Shown: positions 1 to 12,700 of the stretch, in pieces
Layout: each line of letters opens with the position of its first letter
Numbering within the stretch: the stretch's first letter is position 1
NCBI RefSeq assembly: GCF_001194135.2
Contig: NC_069002.1
Coordinates: forward strand, 37,323,073 to 37,387,072
Direction of reading: 5' to 3'
Source: Octopus bimaculoides
Lineage: Eukaryota
Length of the DNA: 64,000 nucleotides
The notes under the pieces: model-generated
Databases searched by the model: none
The model's input: the letters and a program-made list of their open reading frames with translations, nothing else
What the model was told of the DNA's origin: nothing
Position numbers and translations under genes: made by a program

Positions 1-3000
1 TATACAAACGATCTGCAATTTAGCAATACAAACGANNNNNNNNNNTTTCGTTTGGCTATGCAAACGATCTTTCCTTTGGCTATACAAACGATCTTCCCTT
101 TAGCTATACGAACGAGCTTTCCTTTGGCTATACAAACGATCTGCAATTTAGCAATACAAACGATCTTTCGTTTACCTATTCAAACGATCTATCTTTTGGC
201 TATGCAAACGATCTTTCCTTTAGCAATACAAACGATCTTTCGTTTACCTATTCAAACGATCTTTCGTTTGGCTATGCAAACGATCTTTCCTTTAGCAATA
301 CAAACAATCTATCCTTCACCTATTCAAACATTCTTTCCTTTGGCTACACAAACGATCTTTCCTTTAGCTATTCAAACGATCTTTCGTTTGGCTATGCAAA
401 CGATCTTTCCTTTAGCTATACAAACGATCTTTCGTTTACCTATTCAAACGATATTTCCTTTGGCTATACAAACGATCTTTCCTTTGGCTATACAAACGAT
501 CTTTCCTTTGGCTATACAAGCGATCTTTCCTTTGGCTATACAAACGATCTTTCATTTTGCTATACAAACGATCTTTTCTTTGGCTATAGAAACGATCTTC
601 CCTTTAGCTATACAAACGAGCTTTCCTTTGGCTATACAAACGATCTTTCCTTTTGCTATACAAACGATCTTTCCTTTAGCTATACAAACAAACTTTCGTT
701 CACCTATTCAAACGTTCTTTCTTTTGGCTACGCAAACAATCTTTCCTTTAGCTATATAAACGATCGTTCATTTGGCTATACAAACGATCTTTCCTTTAGC
801 TATACAAACGTTCTTTCCTTTGGCTATACAAACGATATGCAATTTCGTTATACAAACGTTCTTTCGGTTACCTATTCAAACGATCTTTCGTTTGGCTATG
901 CAAACGATCTATCCTTTTGCTATGCAAACGATATTTCCTTTAGCTATACAAACGATCTTTCGTTTACCTATTCAAACGATATTTCCTTTGGCTATACAAA
1001 CGATCTTCCCTTTATCTATACAAACGATCTTTCCTTTGCCTATACAAACAATCTTTCCTTTGGCTATACTAACGATTTTTCCTTTGGCTATACAAACGAT
1101 CTTCCCTTTAGCTATACAAACGATCTTTCCTTTGTCTATGCAAACGATCTTTCCTTTGGCTATAGAAACGATCTTTCCTTTTGCTATACAAACGATCTTT
1201 CCTTTAGCTATATAAACGATCATTCCTTTAGCTATACAAACGATCTTTCCTTTAGCTATACATACGATCTTTCGTTTACCTATTCAAACGAAATTTCCTT
1301 TGGCTATACAAACGATCTTCCCTTTATCTATACAAACGATCTTTCCTTTGCCTATACAAACGATCTTTCCTTTTGCTATACAAACGATCTTCCCTGTGGC
1401 TATTTAAACGATCATTCCTTTGGCTATACAAACGATCTTCCCTTTAGCTACACAAACGATCTGTCCTTTAGCTATACCACCGATCTTTCCTTTAGCTATA
1501 CAAACGATCTTCCCTTTGGCTATACAAACTATCTTCCCTTTAGCTATACAAACGTTCTTTCCTTTAGCTATACAAACGATCCTTCTTTTGGCTATAGAAA
1601 CGACCTTTCAGTTAGCTATACAAACGATCTTTCCTTGAGCTATACAAACGTTCTTTCCTGTGGCTATACAAACTATCTTTCATTTAGCTATACAAACGAT
1701 CATTACTTTGGTTATACAAACGATNNNNNNNNNNNNNNNNNNNNNNNNNNNNNNNNNNNNNNNNNNNNNNNNNNNNNNNNNNNNNNNNNNNNNNNNNNNN
1801 NNNNNNNNNNNNNNNNNNNNNNNNCCTTTGGCTATACAAACGATCTTTCATTTTACTATACTAACGATCTTTTCGTTGGCTATAGAAACGATCTTCCCTT
1901 TAGCTATACAAACGATCTTTCCTTTAGCTATATAAACGATCTTTCCTTTGGGTATACAAGCGATCATTCCTTTAGCTATACAAACGATCTTTCGTTTGGG
2001 TATACAAACGATCTTTCATTTAGCTATACAAACGATCATTCCTGTAGCTATACAAACGATATTTCCTTTGGCTATACAAACGATCTTTCCTTTCGCTATA
2101 CAAACGATCTTTCCTTTGGCTATACAAACGATCTTCCCTTTAGGTATAGAAACGGTCTTTCGTTTGTCTATGCAAACGATCTTTCCTTTGGCTATACAAA
2201 CGATCTTCCCTTTAGCTATACGAATGAGCTTTCCTTTGGCTATACAAACGATCTTTAATTTGGCTATACAAACGATCTTCCCTTTACCTATTCAAACGAT
2301 CTATCTTTTGGCTATGCAAACGATCTTTCCTTCACCTATTCAAACGTTCTTTCCTTTGGCTACACAAACGATCTTTCCTTCAGCTATTCAAACGATCTTT
2401 CGTTTGGCTATACAAACGACCTTTCCTTTAGCTATACAAACGATCTTTCCTTTAGCTATACAAACGATCTTTCCTTCAGCTATTCAAACGATCTTTCGTT
2501 TGGCTATACAAACGACCTTTCCTTTAGCTATACAAACGATCTTTCGTTTACCTATTCAAACGATATTTCCTTTGGCTATAGAAACGATCTTCCCTGTATC
2601 TAAAGAAACGATCTTTCCTTTGCCTATACAAACGATCTTTCCTTTAGCTATACAAACGATCTTTCCTTTGGCAATACAAACGATCTTTCCTTTAGCTATC
2701 CAAACGATCTTTCCTGTGGCTATACAAACGATCTTTCATTTAGCTATACAAACGATCTTTCATTTAGCTATACAAACGATCTTTACTTTGGCTATACAAA
2801 CGATCTTTCCTTTAGCTATACAAACGATCTTTCCTTTAGCTATACAAACGAACTTTCCTTTGGCTATACAAACGATCTTTCCTTTAGCTATACAGACGAT
2901 CTTTTCTGTAGCTATACAAACGATCTTTCCTTTGGCTATACAAACGATCTTTCCTTTGGCTATACAGACGATCTTTCATGTAGCTATACAAACGATCTTT

Positions 3001-3127
3001 CCTTTGGCTATACAAACGATCTTCCCTTTAGCTATACGAACGATCTTTCCTTTAGCTATACAAACGATCTTTCGTTTACCTATTCAAACGATCTTTCCTT
3101 TGGTTATACAAACGATCTTCCCTTTAT
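1..3127. repeat. 24-bp minisatellite array (about 130 units, consensus near GCTATACAAACGATCTTTCCTTTR)
   Basis: Unit directly visible; translates to AIQTIFPL / YTNDLSFS repeats, which explains the long ORFs at 52-3153; contains two N gaps. Confidence 0.98.
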
Positions 3128-5220
3128 CAGATGGAGTCTCAAGTCAGAAGTGAGATGAGACTTTCTCAAGATCAGGATAGACATGCACATACCCCATACA
3201 TCCAAATTTTCATGACAAGTTAAGGCCTGGAATACTCCAAAGGGACACATGACATGTCGCTTAGTGGAATTAGCTAATGATTTACTCCAGTAATGTTTTC
3301 TGAATGCTGCACCTTGTTGTATCACCTGTTTCAACATAACTATAAGATATATACAAACTATGACATTTTAATCCTGAGCAATGCCAGGTATCTCTGCTAG
3401 TCAAGCATAAACTCTGGTTTTGAGATTTGTGAGTGAAATTGGTTGGTACAAATCATGCATAAGCCCTTCATATATATATATNNNNNNNNNNATATATATA
3501 TATATATATATATATATATAGCATGGTATAGTTATAAACTGGGCAAATCTTAACCATATTTATATTGGAAGTTGTCACTTGCAAATGTGTATGATTTAGT
3601 AACATATACCATGCTTTTGCTAATTATTTTAGGTACCTATGTAACAATGAGCAGCTGGATACTCTCTCAACCCTCCTAACCCTAACCCAATGGGGCATCC
3701 GTGTTGTAACAGCTGGAGGTTGAGAAGACTGTGATAGTACTCTGCTGGTACTTACTTTCAGCGAAATAGACTGAAGCTCAGGGATACAATGAACCATCTG
3801 CTCCAGGAATGGAACCATAGTTTCATGATGCACCCTGAATACTCTGAAAAACAGGTCTGCTCAGTCAAGCGTGGCTTGCCAACAACAGCATATCTTGATG
3901 AACAAGCAAACTAATTAAAGAAAATAAAGAGAAACAACAAAGAGAAATAATTATTATAAACTTTATTTCATTAGAGTCAATGGTAACAAATGATAATGAG
4001 ATGAATATGAAATGAGTTTATAATCTAAATATGTTTTGTGTTTCCAAATTGGTAAATAGAAAGACATTTTTTAAAGAAGTTATATATATATATATTTATT
4101 TAATATACAGTAGTATTTTGTCTCCATGGTCAGCATTTTAAAAAAGTGTTAGTAAACAAGTATGCATATAGTTGAGGAGGGGTTGAGTGTGAAAGATCTC
4201 TCTCCTTTTTTTAAATTGATTGTTATCTGCCTGTCCCCATAATCAACAGCTGAAAAATCTGGGAATTACAAGGATGGCAACTTGCATTTAACTTATCCTT
4301 TCTTTATTAGGTTCTTTCTTTCTTTTTCTTTTTGTTTGTGGAGAGGTGGGATGGTGAAAGTTCAAATTGATAAATCTAGGACCTCCTTGGTCTAAACTGA
4401 AATTTGTTGAGAAGGATGATGAGGGAATAAACAGAAAAAAAATTTACACTAAAATTGCAAATCAATAATAATTTCTAATTTAAGCAACAAGACCGGCAAT
4501 TTTGTGAGGAGAACTGTTTGTCGATACCACAGACCCCCATATTTAACTGGTGATTTATTCTACCAGCCCTAAAAGGATGAATTGCAAAGGTGACCTTGGT
4601 GGGATTTGAACTCGAAATGTGAAAAGCCAGAATGAATAGTGAGGATATTTTATCTGACACTAATGATTCTACCAATCCATCTTATAAAACTGAAAGAAAA
4701 TTTTTCCTTCCAGATTCAGTTTCAATATATTAAGTTGAATTTGAACCCAAACCAAAGATTTCCGATTCTGCATTACGATTATGACTCAGTTCCATTAATT
4801 CAGGGTTTCAAGCTTGAAACTGCTGCCACAACTTATTTTTCCATCCATGTTAAATACAAATCTGGAAATTACAATAATTATTTCTAATTTAGGCCCAAAG
4901 CCAGCAGTTTGAGGAAAGGAAATTAGTTGATACCACCAACCCCAGAACTTGGTTGGTACTTTATTTCATAGACCTTAAAATGATTAAAGTCAAAGTTGCC
5001 CATGGCAGTATTTGAACTCAGAATGAAATAATGATTCTGCCAGTTTGTTGCTATTTTGATAATTTTGATAATTCTGCCATTCCAGTTAAACAAAAATACC
5101 AAGTTACAAATTTAGGGTAAAAAGAAGTGTCAGTTACACAAAGGACAACTGAGCTACTTGGGGTTTGTTGAGCAGAGGATGTTAAGTAACATAACCGAAA
5201 CCATATGGCAAAGTATCTAA

Positions 5221-5450
5221 TAATAATAATAATAATGGTTTCAAATTTTGGCACAAGGTCAGCAATTTCGGGGAAGTGAGTAGGTCAATTACATTCAAAC
5301 CCCAGTGTTCAACTGGTACTTATCTTATTGACCCTAAAAGGATGAAAGGCAAAGATGACCTTGATGGAATTTGAACTCAGAACATAAAGATGGACAAAAT
5401 CTTGCTAAGCATTTTGTCTGGCATGCTAACGAGTCTGTTAACTCGAGAGG
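5221..5450 (-). mobile_element. SINE family A copy (others on minus near 4500-4685, 4880-5050, 6240-6370, 9830-9980, 26400-26560, 46180-46385)
   Basis: Shared core aaggatgaaaggcaaag..gacc..ggaatttgaactcagaac and (TAA)n tail. Confidence 0.85.
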
Positions 5451-5654
5451 AATGTTTAGCAATTGCTTAATAAGATGGAACAATCAGGAGTGTCTCAGAG
5501 TTTGTTGTTCTATTGACAAGTTTTTTTTTTTGTGTGTGTTTTGCTATGTTTGGAACATCATTAAAGTGGGCAACACAGAACAGTAGCAAATATATTCCAA
5601 ATATTTCGGGCAAACGAATATGCCTGTCTCTCAATCTCTATAAAAAGTAACATT

Positions 5655-5770
5655 TCACTGTGTAGTCTCCAAGTTCAATAATTGAAGGGCTTCGGATATA
5701 TAAGAGCTGGTCTCAATTGCTGTTACTATTCCAACAACAAATGCTTTCTCAAGAATCACACTGGCGTGTT
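5655..5770 (-). CDS. INTS1: INTS1 terminal coding exon 46
   Basis: cccacag acceptor; HASVILEKAFVVG...ISEALQLLNLETTQ then TGA (human EHAAVLLHRAFLVG...ISEALRIL). Confidence 0.96.
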
Positions 5771-8700
5771 CTGTGGGAATAGAGAAAAAGACCAAACGAC
5801 ATAAGCAGATAAATACACATAAATAAAAATAGAAATAGCTAAGAGTTGAAAATCAACACAACTAGATATGATATAAATAATAATATTCCAGTTATTGTCC
5901 AATCTACATTGAAACACTGAGGTAGAAATAAAGGCACTGGCAACGACCTAGCTTAGAGAAATGACATGTGTAGAAATTGGATTAATCTTTTGGAAGAAAG
6001 GTATATCCACAATAAAGCCAGTGATCAATCTTTATGCATTACTGGTACAGGATTCAACTGTCAATCTCTTTTCTTCCCACTCCAGGAAGTAAAAAAAGGT
6101 AAAATCTGAATAATAAGATTTGTAAGATTTGAACTTGACTTGCTAGAAATATCAACAATATCTCTTTCAAATCATACCCTACCATAAAAAAAAACAGAAG
6201 GATATATTAGATAATGTAAAACAAAAGGCACTCTAATATTTCCATCAGTCTACCATTTTAGACTAGTATTTTAGTTATCAACACTGGAAGGACAAAAGGC
6301 AAAGTTAACCTTGGTGGGATTTGAAGCCAGAACTAAGTGTCTGATGCTCTTAAACTCTGCCAATTTCCTAAATAGAACATGGAGCAGTGAAGACTGACAG
6401 TAAATACTATTGAGTTCAATTCTTGTTTTCCAATCTGTGCCTTCAAGTTATCTTCAGTAGCTCAGAACTGAAAAATATTTGCTTGAGTGGTTGGCGTTAG
6501 GAAGGGCATCCAGCTGTAGAAACTCTGCCAAATTAGATTGGAGCCTGGTGTTGCCATCCGGTTTCACCAGTCCTCAGTCAAATCGTCCAACCCATGCTAG
6601 CATGGAAAGCGGACGTTAAACGATGATGATGATGATGATGTGAGACAACAAAAGGACATAGTTCCTTGACCTACTAAACATAATAGTGAAATTCTCCTTC
6701 CAACCACACCCAATTGTCTTAACAAAAGAAGTGACAGGCATAAGACAATATCTTAGATATACCAAAAGAAAGGATGGCTCCAAGTGAAATATCTTTAATT
6801 ACTGGCTTTAATGACCTGCAGCCATAGCAGAAGTAGCTTGAAAGAAATTAAATGCACAAGTGCTTATATTAAACACATAGAAAAGCAAATATGAACTTTA
6901 CCTTGACAGAGTGCCACAAATTCAGCTAAATTCCTCAGAGCACTTATAACAATATCTGGACTGTCATCACCAAGACACTGAACTAACACAGGTACATATT
7001 GGGAACCATTCCTGTACAAAAAAAGGGGAGGGAGGAAGAAATAAGTATAAAAGACTATAAAGGGAAGGTGAGACAGGTAAAATATAAGTGGGGTGATGGA
7101 GTGACAGTGATGAAAAATTGAGATGTGGGTAGGTGAAAAGAGGAGTGGGATTGGGTGATAAAAAAGGGGTTAAGAAAATGGCAGTGACAATTTCAGGATT
7201 GGTAGGGATTTCAGTATTGAGGGATGTGGCCTTGTGTCTATTGAGCAGTTAAAAAGTATAAAAGAGGGATAGAGATAGGTGTCTTGTTGTGGAAGAGATT
7301 CATGGATAACCTGGTTGAAAAAGAGAGAAAGTGAGAGATGGGACTGAGAACCAAGCCTTGGTGAACTTGTGCACTAAATTCATCACTGTGTTCATGGTTA
7401 ACATTTACCTCACAGCACTCCTGTACATGGTCTGTACAGCTTTTATCTATCCCTAGCTTCTTGTAATTCTTTGATTCTTAAAATAACTTCCAAAATGCGT
7501 AATTCTTTAAAATGTCCCCCAGTGTGGGCCGACCAAATGAAGAAAAGGAGCACTTTTAGGATATTCTTCTGCAGGCTACCTCAAAGATGAGTGACATTGA
7601 CCTCATCTTTTTGGGTGGGATTCCAATGAGCATGTCAGGCAGCAGCCTGGTGTCTTCCATGGAATTGGTTTCCGAAACAAAGCGGGGACAATGCTATAGG
7701 AGTTCTGTGATGTGAATAACCTATTGATCTGCAACACCAACTTCAGGAAGCCTGCCAGCCACCAGATGACCTACCAATGAGGGAGGTGGCAGCGGGAAGC
7801 ATGGTTGCTCCTAAATTCAAAGACCTTCGCTGGAGAAGAATGTAACCCCAACATAGACTAGTCATCAGTGACTTTAGATTCCTGGCCAGAAGGATGCCAA
7901 GAAGCAGACCAATCTGGAAAAGAAGGATTTGGAAGGACCCTTCACATGGTCAGAGATTTTGTCAATGGTGTTCCTCAGGTCTTTCAACACCTTGCTCCCT
8001 TGATGCAGCCAGGATTCATGAAGAACCAGCTTGCATCCCAAAATGTGTGTGTGTGTGTGTGCAAATCTTTACATAAATAAGAACACAAATGGTGGGGGGT
8101 TGAGATACACTATGGCTGTTTCAGACACATTTTTTATTAATGAATAGACCGATTACCTCATGATAAAACAAAACAAAAAAGTTTTCTTCAGGTGAATTAA
8201 AAACTTTGAATTTAAAATTTGTTTGAGAAAAATTATCAAGATATAGAATGTTGACCCTCTCATTTTGGCAATAATTGAGAGAGTGCAGTTGCACTGAAGC
8301 ATAGCCAGCTATCCTATGAGTAAGTGTTGTGAACCTGTTAATAAAGACACTCCTTATTCATATTAAAGAGATGGTGAGAGATCAAGCTTAAGAGAAAGAA
8401 GAATAGGGGTGAAGTAGGGGAGACTATCAGTGCAGAATAGCAAAGATTACTAGTGTCAAACTGCGAGATTACAGACTCTCAGAATGGGATCATTTAGAAT
8501 AATGAACACTTACATACATGTACCTATACAATGTCCATAAATTGTATATGTATATTTATGTATGTGTGTGTATATATACATATATACACACACACACACA
8601 TATACACACACACTTGTGTTTGTGCACATGATGGCATGTGTGTGTGTGTATATCATCACAATTTGAAAGAGAGTGAGAGGGAAGGAAGGAGAGAGAGAGA

Positions 8701-9709
8701 GAGAAAGATAGAGAGGAAGAGAGAGAGAAAAATTTAAGAAACTAGAATCTTTTTCTTACGAAGGGTTCTGACGGATACTTCTCATCACCATGGAATAGGC
8801 ATAGCTGCGACACTCATCATTTAGGTCAGCCATCAGTCTCTTCAAATCAGCCTGGTAAAGAGAACAATCAAATTTTCATAATAATAATAATAATCCTTTC
8901 TACGATAGGCAGGAGGTTTGAAACTTTTTGGGGAGGGAGATATGCTGTGATTGAGAAGACCCAGCAACTAAAGTGAGATCCCACTAGCTGAAGGATTGTT
9001 CAGGCTCCATGTTTGTGTTGGCAGGGTTTCTAAGGCTGGACGCCCTTCCTAACGTCAAAATATGTATGAGAATATATTTTACACTGACTATTATATGTAT
9101 ATATATGTAGTCTGTATTTGACTGTTAGCATTTATAGTGAATATATTTTACAAAACTAACTATTACATCTACATACATCCAATCCATGTAAATGTGGATT
9201 TAAAATGACTACAATGAAGATGATATGGCTGCTATTTCAATATATTTTACATTATTAACTGTTACATATGTAGCAATAATAAATAAATGATAAATGAAAA
9301 ATACAAATATAAAAGCAATAAGGAAATGAAATTATAATAATGTTCTGTTACCTGGAAATTATCTAAGATGTTAACTTTTCTCTTAGACGCTTCATCTAAA
9401 TCTTGAAGAACTCCTAAAATTTCTGTAGAGAAGAAAAATATTTAATAATTCAACGAATGGTCAAAACAGGTAGAACTTTAACTATTATTCAATATTATCA
9501 ACAATTAATTTGCATATTACATAAAGGGTTAAATACGTAAAAACTACAGTCAATAATTCGTTATCAGCAAGCAAATCATTTTATTACCCACAAATTCATA
9601 ATCACAGTTTTACATTCAATCCTAGTACTTGGTATATTGAGAAAGGATTTTCTACTAAAAGACCTGAGCAAAATTTGGTAAAAACTTGTGTGTGTGTGTG
9701 TGTGTGTGA

Positions 9710-9767
<58 letters not shown>

Positions 9768-12700
9768 TGAATCAGAAATGTTCCATAAGATCACTCTCTG
9801 TGTAAAGGAGACGACGCTGATAACAATGATTGTTTCTAATTTAAACTAGTATTTTAAGGGATTGGGGTCAGATCTGTTATATCCTGAAAGGATAAATGGC
9901 AAAGTTGACTTTGGCAGGATTTGAACTCAGAACATGTACTAGAAGAAATATACAAACAGCAGTTTGTTTAATGATTCAGACAATTAAGTGAGATTTCATT
10001 AGTTAAATAAAACGTCTCGACTTTGGTTGGTGAGATAGGAGTATGTTGGTCTCTTAATGAGTACTCAGTCTCTTTATGGCGTGAATCTTTATTGACATAG
10101 GTAAAATTTTGTTGTTAGAAAGGTAAAAGGGAGTGGGGGGGGGGGTCATTAAAAGGGTCAACATTTATTCAGCCAGGAGTTTGATGCTAAAGGATAATTT
10201 TATGGTTAGAAAAAAAAAAAAAAAAAAAAGGTGTGATTACCAGCTTTGGGAGAGTCTTTTGAAAGTCTAGCAAAGAACGGTGCCAACTGATTGAAGCTCC
10301 ACAGTGAGTTTGTTTGCATATTTACAAGAGGTGGTGTAACTGATGTTTCAGTCTCATCAGCCTCTCCAGTACCCTTGGTCAGTTGTCGTGGCAGAGAAAG
10401 TCCAGCCAAGAGAGACTTCAGTACAGATAAGTCTGGATAATAGTTTGACACAACACTGAAAACAAAAAAAAAAAATTTAAATATATAAGAGAAAAAAAAA
10501 GCATAAAATATAAATCAATTTAAATTTCTCTTCCTTGATTTTCCTGACAAGAATTCTAATTGATGTTAATGATTTTTCTTCTCATTACACATAATTTCAA
10601 TTGATTAAAAGTTCTTTGTGATTCACTACTTGTCAACTTTACTATATGTTCTTCATACAGAAGATATCTCTTGGAAATTTTCCCTCAATGTCCATTTTCC
10701 ATGCTGGCATGGGTTGAATGGCTTTGATCAGAGCTGGTAATCAGGAAGGCGGCATCAGGTTCCAGGTCTGATTTGGCTTGGTCTTTACAACTGGATGCCC
10801 TTCCTAACACCAGCCACTGTGCCATTGGGTGTGCCACTGGGTGCTTTTAGCATGGCACCGACACAAGTGCGTTTTATGTGGAGCTAGCACAGGGCTCCTG
10901 TAGGCCAATCCTTTTCATCAGGTAGAGTAGTATTAACATGCTGACTGAAATTTAACCAGACATCTTTTATTGACCAGGCAAACATGATAATTATTACACT
11001 ATACGGTCTCACAATTTCCTTCATCTAAAATTAACCCATTAGCTGCGAGAATAACCTTTTGTTTTTGATTTAGCTGAAACTTTAAGGGTTAGTTGAAACA
11101 CCAGTTACATTGATTTGAAACCAGAAATGTTATTCCTTTTTATTCAGTAATCAAAAGTATATGTTCGTCTTTTACAGCAGTGAAAATAAAAAGAAAAGGC
11201 AATATGGTACATTTTATGGTAATTATTATTGAAAAAATGCTCCTTTATTATATATTTCATATACTATGAGTTAGTAGTCACAACAGCAACAGATTATTTT
11301 TTATGATAATCCACAAAACACGAGATACATAATCCAATATCACATTTTTCACATTCAGCTCGAGTTTTTTATTTTCTTAACATGGCAGGTAGGGATTTGG
11401 AGGGAGATTTGGCTACTATTTTTAAAAGGTTGAATAACTTTCATGGAGGTTCCCTCATTAGCTTGTTGTGGATATAATTGCTTTACTCCAGGTCAGACCT
11501 AGGCTTCGAGACATTTCAGAGCTAAATTTGTATTCTAAAACAGTAATGGGACTCAAAAAAGATTTAACTATTATTGGTCAAGCAACCATTTGAGAATCCC
11601 TTTTTGGTTCAATATGTGTAACATTATACAATACTGCACTGGTGACACAACAGAAACACATCTCCAGACATCAACAATGAAACAGTTATTGGTACTCAAG
11701 CATGAAAGGGTGCCTCTACATGGTCACCTTGAAAATAACAGCAGCCAAATCTTACTTATGCAACACCGTACTGTCTTTAAAAAATATACACTGAATAATA
11801 AATCCATAAATACGATATGCCTGAAAAAGAAATGGAACATCTTTGATCAGAGTTCTAGAAGTGAGCACGGCAGCTAAATAACAACAACAACCACATCTTT
11901 TATGACTGTGGTTGTTGTTATTTAGCTGCCGTGCTCACTTCTAGAACTCTGATCAAAGATGTTCCATTTCTTTTTCAGGCATATCGTATTTATGGATTTA
12001 TTATTCAGTGTATATTTTTTATGAATGTGTCAATGATATGCCTCTATTTCCATCAAATCACACTACGATCTTTAAAAAATGAAGAACACATTTGATAATG
12101 TAATTCTAGGTACCTCTAAAAGATTAAAAACTGGTAAGCAGATAGTCTTGGTTGGAGATCTACTCAACCAGGACTGACCTGTGGCCAAACAACCATCAAT
12201 AAATTAAAAAATTTGTTACTTATCTGGATCTTGATTATTTTCAAATTGGATTGCTATATACAGACAATGTAGAGACACATAAGGTGAACACTGACCTGAG
12301 AAGTTCAATATATTTCTGCAAAATATGAACAGCTCTGTTTGGTTCATGAAGCACAAATCTTTGTAGAAACTGGATGAACTTGACAATAATAGAAGATAGA
12401 TTCTTGTATTCTTGGCCATGGTTCTGTATATATAATAAAATAGAATGAGATGAAGAATGCAGGATATTTCAAATGAGTTAGACGTTTCAGGAAGGTAGCG
12501 GCAAGAGTTGATTAAATCAACCCCAGTACCCAACTACCCGTTACTTCAAAAAGTAGGTAGATGTAGTTCACCGAAATATGCAACCAGTAATGGAAGCAAA
12601 TAGACACTGGATAGAACTGGCCTCCGTCTTCAGGGTGGAGAGATATAAATTAAAACCTAACACTTCCATTATTGTTTGCATATTTTGGTGAACTACATCC

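Noticed and set aside
1-3127. CRISPR-like appearance of the regular repeat
   Set aside because: Units are head-to-tail with no unique spacers; eukaryotic intron-exon context; no cas genes.
52-3153. Long ORFs (235, 473 and 401 aa) at the window start
   Set aside because: Artefacts of a 24-bp tandem unit; sporadic stops and N gaps; no domain.
3672-3692. CCCTAACCCTAACCC telomere-like motif
   Set aside because: Only two units; expected by chance.
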